A stretch of DNA of 64,000 nt from a phage: NCBI GenBank assembly GCA_019897865.1, contig GCA_019897865.1_4532.1; one strand, given 5' to 3'. This document shows positions 37,018 to 45,791 of the stretch, piece after piece. Under the pieces are notes generated by a model. That model was given only the letters and a program-made list of their open reading frames with translations. It ran no database searches and had not been told where the DNA came from. The position numbers and the translations under genes were made by a program. Position 1 is the stretch's first letter, and each line of letters starts with the position of its first letter.

Positions 37018-38391
37018 TTAGTTTGCAGTACGGTTAGTCAGGACGTTGACCTGAACTTTAACGTAATGGAAGAAGCCAGCGTAAACATATTCAATCTTCA
37101 TCCCATCAACCAGACGAGCATTGATTTGCGCATCGGTCATATCGGCACGAGAAGGAATATAAACTATAGGTTTCAGATCGACACGCAAACCAGTCTCTTC
37201 AGAAGTAACAACTTCATTAGCGATGGAACCGTTGAGGATACCTACTTGGATCGGGTTAGCCAGAACAGCTTGTCGAATCAAAGCCAGACCGTTTGAAGTA
37301 GCACGAACACCACCACCCAGCATAGACTGTTGTTTAAACAGTGTAAACAGTGATTCTTCTGTGCGAGCTTTAAACCACAAAGCATGAACAACATAGTCAA
37401 CAAAGAAACCGCTAACCATCAATCCGTCACGATAGAACAGAGTTCCATGCTCTTTACGATAGATGTTACCGTTCTGTTGAACAATATTGTTTTCCGAAGT
37501 CTGATCCAGTTTCTCGATCTCTACACCTACCAGTGTTTTACCGTGAAGAGTAGTCAAACCAGGTTGACGAGAACAGATTGCACCAACAACTGCTGCTTCT
37601 GGGAATACAGAATCTGCATCGGTCATCCACAAAGCAAAGCAAGTGTTATTATAACCGAGGTCATTCAGTCGTTCCAGAACGTTGTCTTCTGCTTTCGTTT
37701 TAATTCCAGGTTCAGAGCTAGAGAAGAAGTAAACTTTATCATTCTCTTCTACCCATGCAGCCAAAGCTAGAACATCTTCTGTTTCATGGGAATCTGAAAG
37801 GGTCCAGAACCAGCTACTATCAATATCATGCAGAGCAGCAATATCTTCCGTAATAGCATTAGCATAGACAGTTTCTTGAGTGAAACCTGTGCTGTCAATA
37901 GAACCAAACTTACCTTCTACTGGAGTGAAAGTCATTGCAGCGCCGTTGTTAGCTACTGTAAACAGTGGGCCATAAACAAGATCTGCATTGATCATTTCAG
38001 TCAGACCAACTACAATCTCTTGTGCAGTTGCAGTGTCATCAGCAATGAATTTAAATTCTTTTTTCTTGGTACCATTTTTGATGGTAATTGTGTAAGTTGC
38101 ACTATCTTCTACGATTGGAGTTAGAGTAAAGTTTGTAACTTCACGCTTACCAACCATGACTTGATCTGGTGGGAACAAACCATTAAACAGTTTGACTGCC
38201 ATAATATACGCTGGATCATTTAATCCATAACCTGCTTCCAAAAGTGCATCGGAAGAAGAGTAATATTGAATCGCTTCGCCAGTTACGTTCTGACCTGTAA
38301 GGATCAGGGGAATATCGAACTGGGTTTCACGAATTGATGTAGCACCATACAGTAAAGTTACGGTTGCTACCTTTTCACGAAAAGTTGCCAT
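37018..38391 (-). CDS. Tail sheath protein
   Basis: 457 aa; sheath-tube-chaperone-tape measure order diagnostic of contractile tails. Confidence 0.75.
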   Translation of the reverse strand: MATFREKVATVTLLYGATSIRETQFDIPLILTGQNVTGEAIQYYSSSDALLEAGYGLNDPAYIMAVKLFNGLFPPDQVMVGKREVTNFTLTPIVEDSATYTITIKNGTKKKEFKFIADDTATAQEIVVGLTEMINADLVYGPLFTVANNGAAMTFTPVEGKFGSIDSTGFTQETVYANAITEDIAALHDIDSSWFWTLSDSHETEDVLALAAWVEENDKVYFFSSSEPGIKTKAEDNVLERLNDLGYNNTCFALWMTDADSVFPEAAVVGAICSRQPGLTTLHGKTLVGVEIEKLDQTSENNIVQQNGNIYRKEHGTLFYRDGLMVSGFFVDYVVHALWFKARTEESLFTLFKQQSMLGGGVRATSNGLALIRQAVLANPIQVGILNGSIANEVVTSEETGLRVDLKPIVYIPSRADMTDAQINARLVDGMKIEYVYAGFFHYVKVQVNVLTNRTAN

Positions 38392-38425
38392 TTATGCTCC
38401 TGTTAGAAACTTAATTCCAATGAGT

Positions 38426-39085
38426 TTATTCGGTAGGGTTGTTAAATAATGATCCATTTTGATTGACTGACGAGTATTCGCCTGGAACCAAAGTAATTGC
38501 ATAAACCCTGTTTAGAATTAAATCTAAAGGGATAGGATCATTGTAACTATCTCTGAATGAACGGATGTGCATGTTGATTGCTTCTATTGGTGTAGTAGCA
38601 ATATCTTCAATACTCATACGAGTGTTGAACGTCATAACCATACGCGCTCTTAATTCAGTCTTATCTCCGTCTACAATTGTATTGGCTTGAGCTATATTAG
38701 AGGCTCCTAAAAAACCAAGACCTTTAGAATAGAGATGTTTGTATTTTAATTCCTCTGCACCACGGAGAGCAGCCAGAACATAGCTCATCAAAGTGGTAGG
38801 TCTTCCACGATAGGCTACAAGTTCAATCTCGTAGGTATTATCCATCTCGTAGGAATACATATCATTTTGAATAGAACTTCGGTAAGACCAACCTCCAGAA
38901 TCGCTGGAAGTGATAATACGTAGTGCTAGGTAAGGAGTATCCGGTTTAATGAATGGCTTATCCATAACATAGACTGGCAACCCCACTAATTCTTGAAGGA
39001 AGCCACCTATATTTAAGTAGATGGCATTTTCGTATGCTTCTATTTGTTGGTAAATATTAGCCAAAGTTTCCTCCTTCTGTTCCAT
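38426..39085 (-). CDS. Head-tail joining / tail completion protein
   Basis: 219 aa between capsid and sheath genes. Confidence 0.4.
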   Translation of the reverse strand: MEQKEETLANIYQQIEAYENAIYLNIGGFLQELVGLPVYVMDKPFIKPDTPYLALRIITSSDSGGWSYRSSIQNDMYSYEMDNTYEIELVAYRGRPTTLMSYVLAALRGAEELKYKHLYSKGLGFLGASNIAQANTIVDGDKTELRARMVMTFNTRMSIEDIATTPIEAINMHIRSFRDSYNDPIPLDLILNRVYAITLVPGEYSSVNQNGSLFNNPTE

Positions 39086-39506
39086 AAGACCAGGAGTTGT
39101 TTTGATCGTCTAATATTGCAACACAGTGATGATGGACTAAGAAAGATGTTCTGGTCCAATCTTTAAGGGAATAAACAGAATACCATTTACCATCTATCAA
39201 TATCTGATCTGATAACTGTTCTGTTCCTTGTTGTAACCCCTTCATTTCTGTTTTAGTCCAGAAACTATATTGAGCCTTAGATCTGTAACCTTCAGGTAGT
39301 GCATTTAGTGTTTTACCAGATATCGGTTGTAAGCTTGCAGCTTCAATAGTAAATGGTTCATATTCTACACTACTTTCTAAGTTAGCAATAACTGAACCAA
39401 CGGCCTCTTTGTAGACTCGTCTACGACCTTGGTATTCAGTTAGATCAAGGAGAGTAAATTGATCTAGTAACACTTGTATCTCCTTTTTAGTATACATCAA
39501 AAACAA
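39057..39506 (-). CDS. Head-tail joining protein
   Basis: 149 aa, overlaps neighbour. Confidence 0.4.
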   Translation of the reverse strand: MFLMYTKKEIQVLLDQFTLLDLTEYQGRRRVYKEAVGSVIANLESSVEYEPFTIEAASLQPISGKTLNALPEGYRSKAQYSFWTKTEMKGLQQGTEQLSDQILIDGKWYSVYSLKDWTRTSFLVHHHCVAILDDQNNSWSYGTEGGNFG

Positions 39507-39518
39507 AGTTTATGCAAG

Positions 39519-40007
39519 TTATTTTTTAGACCTGCTTTTTGTGATTTTTGTTTCGATTGCATTTATCATATATGCCGTATCTATTAAGATATGATTAGAA
39601 TAGTTGCCTTTATCTTGTCGTATCTTAATTGTCACAGGAGATAAAGGACGATAACGTTGCATTGCAATCGCTTGAGCTATTCCTTCTCTAGAGGCTCTCG
39701 CTATAGGCTCAAAAACAGCCAACCCAACATTGTTCATTAGGTAATTTGCAAAAACCTGCTTCATCTTTTTAGCGATATTGTTCTGTGAGATAACAGCACC
39801 ATCTGTTATAAAAGGGCGAGCAGGTATGTTGTTTGTTTCATTACCATATTGTTGAATAGCTGCTATTGCAGGAATAGTGAGATCTGATTCAGGATGCCTT
39901 TTGTTTGTTAAAAAACCAGCTTCGATTTGAACTTGTTCAAGGTCCATCATCTTTTTGATAATGGTTTCCCAATCTGTATCGTCACCTGGTAAGATCTCAC
40001 TTTCCAT
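39519..40007 (-). CDS. Head-tail joining protein
   Basis: 162 aa. Confidence 0.4.
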   Translation of the reverse strand: MESEILPGDDTDWETIIKKMMDLEQVQIEAGFLTNKRHPESDLTIPAIAAIQQYGNETNNIPARPFITDGAVISQNNIAKKMKQVFANYLMNNVGLAVFEPIARASREGIAQAIAMQRYRPLSPVTIKIRQDKGNYSNHILIDTAYMINAIETKITKSRSKK

Positions 40008-40555
40008 TATTTGTCCCTACGATAAAAAGAAACAGGTCCGTAATTTCGCAAATAATTAACGTTGCGGGTATTACGATCAACACTTGCAACATTACCAAGA
40101 CCATTTACAGAGTTAGGATCACTGTTTACTCGATCAATCTCACGAGCATCAACACCACCAATAAGAACTTTACTGGTTGCTCCCCGTCCTGCCGTGCACC
40201 CAGGAATGACCATAAGACCATTTAAATAGTTATGATAGATATCTTCCCACGGAGACTTATAAGTTACTTGACCGTTGTTAAATTTAACTTCAACTTCGAC
40301 TTCACCCATCTTTTCTCTGCGGGACATAGCTCCTCCTGTTTGAGTATTGTTATTAAGAACATCGTTGTTCCATAAATACTCTAAAACAGAAATCAAGCTG
40401 TTCCACAATACTGCACACTTATCCTTATCTTCATTCCCTATAATATCAATCCAAGTTTGGATGATCTGAATCAGCATTGCATCTGGCAATACTTCTTGAG
40501 AAGGGTTATAAACAAGAATTCGGATCAGTGGTGCCAACTCTACCGCATTCAGCAT
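40007..40555 (-). CDS. Head-tail connector/adaptor protein
   Basis: 182 aa, coupled. Confidence 0.4.
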   Translation of the reverse strand: MLNAVELAPLIRILVYNPSQEVLPDAMLIQIIQTWIDIIGNEDKDKCAVLWNSLISVLEYLWNNDVLNNNTQTGGAMSRREKMGEVEVEVKFNNGQVTYKSPWEDIYHNYLNGLMVIPGCTAGRGATSKVLIGGVDAREIDRVNSDPNSVNGLGNVASVDRNTRNVNYLRNYGPVSFYRRDK

Positions 40556-40962
40556 AAGCCCACCTTATTTTTACGAAGGGAACGTTTTTTAGCTGGAGTG
40601 TCTACCGCTTCTACTTTTAAAACTTCTTCTTTGATTTTTACAGGTGCATAGTCTTCGTAACTTACAAGATAGTAACCCATGTGTTCTTCACTTGCAAAAG
40701 GATGCACAAGAATACCTGTTTCTTCTCTCAAACGCGTGAGGAAGTGAATGAAGTTTCCACCTAATGCAATACGACCATCTTTCAGATAGAAAGACATTGG
40801 TGGCGCAGATACTAATGTTTTATCAGCATCAATCAGTGGTGAAAGCGATTCGAAATCACGAATCATTTCGTGATAACTAAAGTAACGTTTCAATTCTGGG
40901 TTTGACATATCAATCTCCTCGTTGTAAACTCTTATTGTAAACAGAAAAGGCTCGCCCATCAC
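40549..40962 (-). CDS. Head completion protein
   Basis: 137 aa, first gene after the capsid terminator. Confidence 0.4.
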   Translation of the reverse strand: MMGEPFLFTIRVYNEEIDMSNPELKRYFSYHEMIRDFESLSPLIDADKTLVSAPPMSFYLKDGRIALGGNFIHFLTRLREETGILVHPFASEEHMGYYLVSYEDYAPVKIKEEVLKVEAVDTPAKKRSLRKNKVGLC

Positions 40963-40972
40963 GGACGAGCCT
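40941..40972 (-). terminator. Rho-independent terminator after major capsid gene
   Basis: AGGCTCG/CGAGCCT 7-bp stem with 11-nt loop; on the - strand followed by TTTTCTGTTT. Confidence 0.55.
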
Positions 40973-40992
40973 CTAATCTTAACAGAGTTCTA

Positions 40993-41994
40993 TTAAGCCG
41001 TAGTCAGTTTAACTACCAGTTCTGGACGGGTGTTAACTGCGAGCAGCGAGAATTCAGACTGAAGCTGAATAGTGCGGTGCTGGCTGATCATGAAGGTATA
41101 CAGTTCACGAGCCTGGGTGTTAGCCAGTTCTGGAGTATCCGCAGGAGCGTAGTGCGCCTGGAACATACCTTCGATACCCATAGGCAGAACATATGCTTCA
41201 CCAGCAGGGATGTTACCGTGGATATCTTCAATGTAAGTTACACCGTTCCATTCGAACACCTGAACATCCATGTTACCGCTAAGGCGGTCACGCAGAAGGT
41301 TAGGAGTTCCCTGGAAATACTGATACGCCTGGCGAACAAATGGAGAGTTAACCAGAGATGCGAAAAATTCACGAGAACACAGAGCTACGATACGGGTAGC
41401 GGTAGAGCCATCTTGTTTAGTATCGATGATGTAAGCACGAGCTTCTTGTTCGATAGTGGCTGCTGGAGAAACAGTGGTAGAAGCAAAGTCTACAGCAACA
41501 GATTTCTGGGTAGCACCCCATTCGGTATACCAGTTGTATGCAGAGTTAGCTGCACCACCTACGCCGTTATAGGCACGACCCATAACTGCTTCTGCAAAGA
41601 TTTTCTCTTTGGTTTTTGCTACGTCACGCAGAATCTGGGACATATAACGGTTAACAACTTCAGCGTCTGTGCGCAGAGAGTCATTGATTCCTGCCATTGC
41701 AAAGCTACGGAAAGATTGAATATCTTGAGCTTTGATGTTTTTATCCAGAGGGAAGAACGGAATGCGGAACGCTTTCAGTTCTGGATTTTTCATGGTCAGG
41801 AAGTTACGCTCACCACCACGCTCACGAGCGGAGATCAGAGCATCTTCAGCTTTTTCTTTACCGATTTCAATAGCGGTAGTTGAATGATAGTCAACGCTGA
41901 ACAGATTCAGGCTGGCAATCAGTGTATCAGGGGAATCCTGAAGTTCGATCATAGGGCTGAAATCTACAACCTGATCTAAAATTACTGCTGGCAT
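40993..41994 (-). CDS. Major capsid protein (lambda gpE-like)
   Basis: 333 aa; C-terminal ...NTQARELYTFMISQHRTIQLQSEF... parallels lambda E ...NTQARGLRTYGCIQDADAQ...; follows the decoration gene as in lambda D-E. Confidence 0.75.
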   Translation of the reverse strand: MPAVILDQVVDFSPMIELQDSPDTLIASLNLFSVDYHSTTAIEIGKEKAEDALISARERGGERNFLTMKNPELKAFRIPFFPLDKNIKAQDIQSFRSFAMAGINDSLRTDAEVVNRYMSQILRDVAKTKEKIFAEAVMGRAYNGVGGAANSAYNWYTEWGATQKSVAVDFASTTVSPAATIEQEARAYIIDTKQDGSTATRIVALCSREFFASLVNSPFVRQAYQYFQGTPNLLRDRLSGNMDVQVFEWNGVTYIEDIHGNIPAGEAYVLPMGIEGMFQAHYAPADTPELANTQARELYTFMISQHRTIQLQSEFSLLAVNTRPELVVKLTTA

Positions 41995-42015
41995 TATATT
42001 AATCTCCTATTAAAA

Positions 42016-42414
42016 TTAAGAAGTGAAAACGACTTTTTCGGTCAGTTTCAGATCATGTGTTTCCAGTGCTGCTACGCCAGCGTCATCTACCAGGGAGCCA
42101 TCTTTGTAGTATACTGCAAAGCGGTTCAGAGTAAGATCACGTACGCCAACAACTGCGGTGAAAGTGTCACCTACTGCTACATCATCAATACCGAACAGAG
42201 CATCAGTCCAAATCAGAACTTTAGCAGCATCGGCAGCTTCAGCTTTAGCAGCTTCAGTGTTGTCAGCTTTCAGGATAGAACCAATTTTCATGGTTGCTGT
42301 TTTAACCAGGTTAACTTCACGTACACAGTGTCCAAGGTCAGAGCTAAACACTCCACCCAGAACCAGGTGTCCGAATTCCTGGCGAGAGTTAGATAAAGTA
42401 ATTCCTTTAGCCAT
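42016..42414 (-). CDS. Head decoration protein (lambda gpD-like)
   Basis: 132 aa immediately upstream of the capsid gene. Confidence 0.5.
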   Translation of the reverse strand: MAKGITLSNSRQEFGHLVLGGVFSSDLGHCVREVNLVKTATMKIGSILKADNTEAAKAEAADAAKVLIWTDALFGIDDVAVGDTFTAVVGVRDLTLNRFAVYYKDGSLVDDAGVAALETHDLKLTEKVVFTS

Positions 42415-42433
42415 TTAATTTAATCTCCTAAGA

Positions 42434-43549
42434 TTATTGTTTCTGGGCTTTTTTAAGTTCAGCAGCTTTCTGACTAATCAGTTCAGAAGAAGATTTAGCT
42501 ACAGGTTGAGTATTGATCACATCAACACCACGTTCTGTTCCAAATTCTTTCTTAACTGCGTCCACTTCTGCACGTGCTTTTTCGAATGCTTTGACGATAG
42601 TTTCAGCGATATCTTTATTGTCTACCAGATATTTAACGAGAGCTTCAACTTTGTCTTCTTCTACGAAAGAATAGGATTTAACAACAGTTGTATATTCTTC
42701 TTCGATACGAGCTTGTTCAGCTTTACGAAGTTCTTCTGCTTCCTGTTCTGCCTTAGCGATTTTTTCCTGTGCTTCAAGTTCTGCGGCTGCACGTGCATCT
42801 GCGGCTGCTTTTTCTACAGCTTCAGCGATCTGTGCTTTCATCAGTTCTTGGAATTCAGCAGATTTCAGGAATTCTTCTTTGTTGATATTTTCCAAAGGGG
42901 TTTCTCCTTTATTGATTCCAGTTGTGTTTGCAGATTTATCACCTGCGGGGTTAGCCTCTGCATCCACAGAGTTTGTATTAGCTTTAGCGTGAGCTTTCAC
43001 TAAATAATCTTTAACTTGACTTTGTTTCAAGGAACTCTTAACGAGATTACTCAAAGCATCGTCTAAAACGTCCTCAAAGAAATCAATGGAGATCATTACA
43101 TCACCATCAACAACTTGATAATCAGTAACACGAACAACAGGTTTAGCAACCTCTTCAACTTCAACATTCAGTCCGTCAACTTTAAAGCCAACAGAGAACA
43201 TACCGTTATCTGAACAGAAAATTGCAACGTTCGCATCGAAGTCAGCATCAATAACGTAAACCCAATCCCAACCAGCTTCAAATTTTTCACGCACTTTTTC
43301 AGAAATGCGATCCATCACTTGTTGAATATAGCTTTTACGTAACTCTGTAACATCTTCTCCCATTTTAGTGAGAGCTTCTAACTTTTCAAAAGTTATGTCT
43401 GGAGATCCGTCTGACTTAAATAAAAGGGGGGTATTATAACCAGATGCCGCTCCACCTTGAAAATCAAAAGTGTAAGCAATATGAGCACCTAGTGACTCTT
43501 CCGTAGCTTTTCCTGAAAAGTCTACGTTAGTTAAATACGTATTTGCCAC
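42434..43549 (-). CDS. Head scaffolding protein
   Basis: 371 aa; C-terminal half is Ala/Glu/Lys-rich coiled-coil (AAADARAAAELEAQEKIAKAEQEAEELRKAEQ); between portal and capsid. Confidence 0.55.
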   Translation of the reverse strand: MANTYLTNVDFSGKATEESLGAHIAYTFDFQGGAASGYNTPLLFKSDGSPDITFEKLEALTKMGEDVTELRKSYIQQVMDRISEKVREKFEAGWDWVYVIDADFDANVAIFCSDNGMFSVGFKVDGLNVEVEEVAKPVVRVTDYQVVDGDVMISIDFFEDVLDDALSNLVKSSLKQSQVKDYLVKAHAKANTNSVDAEANPAGDKSANTTGINKGETPLENINKEEFLKSAEFQELMKAQIAEAVEKAAADARAAAELEAQEKIAKAEQEAEELRKAEQARIEEEYTTVVKSYSFVEEDKVEALVKYLVDNKDIAETIVKAFEKARAEVDAVKKEFGTERGVDVINTQPVAKSSSELISQKAAELKKAQKQ

Positions 43550-43551
43550 GA

Positions 43552-44031
43552 TTAGTCCTTCTTGACTTTAACGCCCATTGCGCCTATACTCAAACCTTTA
43601 AGAACGCCGTCTTTACGAGCTTGATATAATTCAGGGTCGTTGAATTGGATTTTAACGAGGGGAGTTCCTTCCACAACGAGTTCGTCACCAATGTAACAAT
43701 CGACTTCATTTACCCAAGCTTTAATTGGAGAAAACTTATCGGTGTTCTTCATGTGACCAAGATTACCACTAATGTTGGTAATATTCTCATTGAAGTTGTC
43801 AACCATCTTCCTGATTTCCAAATCAGACATGCGCTCTCCGTGGAGATCGTCTTCTTCAGGTGGACAATACAAGACCTCAATAACCTGCATCTTTTCTTCA
43901 TCAAATTTATTTTGTTTGACTAGAGTTTCAGGTTTTTGAGATGGTATAGAATCTTGTTGGGATTCAGAATTCTCTTTAAAACCAGCGAAGGTTTTGAAGA
44001 GTTCCCACAGTGTATCTTTATTGAGTTCCAT
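43552..44031 (-). CDS. Head morphogenesis protein (possible prohead protease/accessory)
   Basis: 159 aa directly after the portal gene, AAGAGG RBS. Confidence 0.4.
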   Translation of the reverse strand: MELNKDTLWELFKTFAGFKENSESQQDSIPSQKPETLVKQNKFDEEKMQVIEVLYCPPEEDDLHGERMSDLEIRKMVDNFNENITNISGNLGHMKNTDKFSPIKAWVNEVDCYIGDELVVEGTPLVKIQFNDPELYQARKDGVLKGLSIGAMGVKVKKD

Positions 44032-44067
44032 TTGAAACCTCTTAAAAACAGATATCCCATAAATCTT

Positions 44068-44096
44068 AGTCTACAGGATATTTGTTGTTTTGTCAA
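44068..44096 (-). promoter_or_regulatory. Promoter (CTATTGACAA family) upstream of head genes
   Basis: - strand CTATTGACAA with TTGACA at 44096..44091, 17-bp spacer, TAGACT. Confidence 0.45.
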
Positions 44097-44124
44097 TAGA
44101 AAAATTAAAAAATATTAAATATTT

Positions 44125-45690
44125 TTAATTCGACAGGTTTTGTGCTGAAGGATCTAAAGCAGAAACAGTATCAGACGTTCCAGTTCCCGCTGTAGCTAAA
44201 CCATCTCCTGATCGTGAAGTTTTGTCAGGCATATAGTTATCCATGAATTCAAAGAATTTCTCTTTATTGGCAACAATATCGTCAGGGATACGATATTCAA
44301 AACCAATTTTTTCAAGGAACTCGTTAATAACTTCTGGGGTTAAAGGTATTGCACCAGAGGCTACCAACTGCTGAATAGCTTTAGCATTTACTTCAATATC
44401 AGGATCACCCATTTCACCACTGACAAACTTAGGCATATCTTCATCAGAAAGGAAGATATTGTTTAGTCGTAGTGTTTGAGGGATCAGTTGAGAGTTTATA
44501 GCTTCTACAACAATATCTACATCTCGCTCAATAAAATGAGACAATAGTGTTTGTTTGTTGTCAGAAAGCGCAAAACTTCCTGCATCACCATCACCCATAA
44601 TCAACACACCCGCACCAAAGCGGTTATAAATATCTAGCTTGCGTTGTTTGATTAGTGCTTGAGTGTCAAACTGTTTACCCGTGCCATCAACACCTTGGAA
44701 TACAAGATCGTATTGACGCATCACTGTGCCTTCATAAACGTCCGAAGGCAATACCATGTAGGCTTGCTCACCAGAGTGCAGGTTAGCGATGTTGGCTTGG
44801 AGAACTCGAAGAGATTGTGCTTCATCCCCAGCAGGATCTAAAGATGCCCTGTTTAGAATGTCACTTGGAACCTTAAGAACTGGCATACCGCCTAAATCTT
44901 TAGATACCCCAATAACCTCAAATTCCTGAATAAGAGATTTTTCACGCCAGCTACGATATACAGCTAAAAGCGGACTAACTCCTAGTGGGTTATTCTCTGT
45001 AATGTTACTACCAACAAATAAAACTTTACTGAAAGGAATTTCTTTAATACCAGTTTCTAAAGTTGTATTACCTGGAGCTAACATTGTATTGGTGATATTC
45101 TGGTTAACAGATAGAATAGAACGTCCGTCTGCCGAATATGTAAAAGGTTGAGCCATGTGAAGAGTGTCTTGTGGTCTAAAAGCCAGTTTGGTCAATCGCC
45201 AATACCCAAAGTAAGGACTTTTAGGATCTTCATCCAACTCATAAACTTTCTCTGCGAATGCAAAACCATATTGCTTATATGTCAAAAGTGATCTAACATA
45301 TTGACGTAGAGGGGCTTGCATATTGCGTAACATGTAATCAATAAACTTAGCAGCTTTTCTTGACTTTGCCGAGTTTACATTGTATTTTATCTTGAAATCA
45401 AAGAATGCTCTATCTACAAAGATATATGTAGCGTCAAGAGCAGTAGCTACATCAGGGTCTTCACCCATCTCTTTAAAAGTGCGAATACATTCTGGGAAAC
45501 GAGTCTCATAAGGTTGCATGAAATTCGTAAATGCTTTGATTGAGTTTAATCCGATCGTTCCTATTTCAGGTGACAGGAGTAACGTTTTCTCTTTCTCTGC
45601 CTCTTTTGTTGGAGAGAGAGCAGCTTTATTTGCAGCACCTTTGTCCCAGTATTCTGACTTTTTAGTGTACGTTCTTTTTCCTGTTGACAC
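44125..45690 (-). CDS. Portal protein
   Basis: 521 aa directly downstream of terminase large subunit; GTG start with GGAGG RBS. Confidence 0.65.
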   Translation of the reverse strand: MSTGKRTYTKKSEYWDKGAANKAALSPTKEAEKEKTLLLSPEIGTIGLNSIKAFTNFMQPYETRFPECIRTFKEMGEDPDVATALDATYIFVDRAFFDFKIKYNVNSAKSRKAAKFIDYMLRNMQAPLRQYVRSLLTYKQYGFAFAEKVYELDEDPKSPYFGYWRLTKLAFRPQDTLHMAQPFTYSADGRSILSVNQNITNTMLAPGNTTLETGIKEIPFSKVLFVGSNITENNPLGVSPLLAVYRSWREKSLIQEFEVIGVSKDLGGMPVLKVPSDILNRASLDPAGDEAQSLRVLQANIANLHSGEQAYMVLPSDVYEGTVMRQYDLVFQGVDGTGKQFDTQALIKQRKLDIYNRFGAGVLIMGDGDAGSFALSDNKQTLLSHFIERDVDIVVEAINSQLIPQTLRLNNIFLSDEDMPKFVSGEMGDPDIEVNAKAIQQLVASGAIPLTPEVINEFLEKIGFEYRIPDDIVANKEKFFEFMDNYMPDKTSRSGDGLATAGTGTSDTVSALDPSAQNLSN

Positions 45691-45759
45691 TTGTTCCTCC
45701 AGTCAGGTATAAAATCGTTAAGGCAAGGCTGTATTATATACAACCTCACCTATCTAGTT

Positions 45760-45788
45760 ATAATACACTTTAAAGTGACTTTTGTCAA
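45760..45788 (-). promoter_or_regulatory. Sigma70-like promoter upstream of portal gene
   Basis: - strand TTGACA (45788..45783), 17-bp spacer, TATTAT (45765..45760). Confidence 0.5.
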
Positions 45789-45791
45789 CAA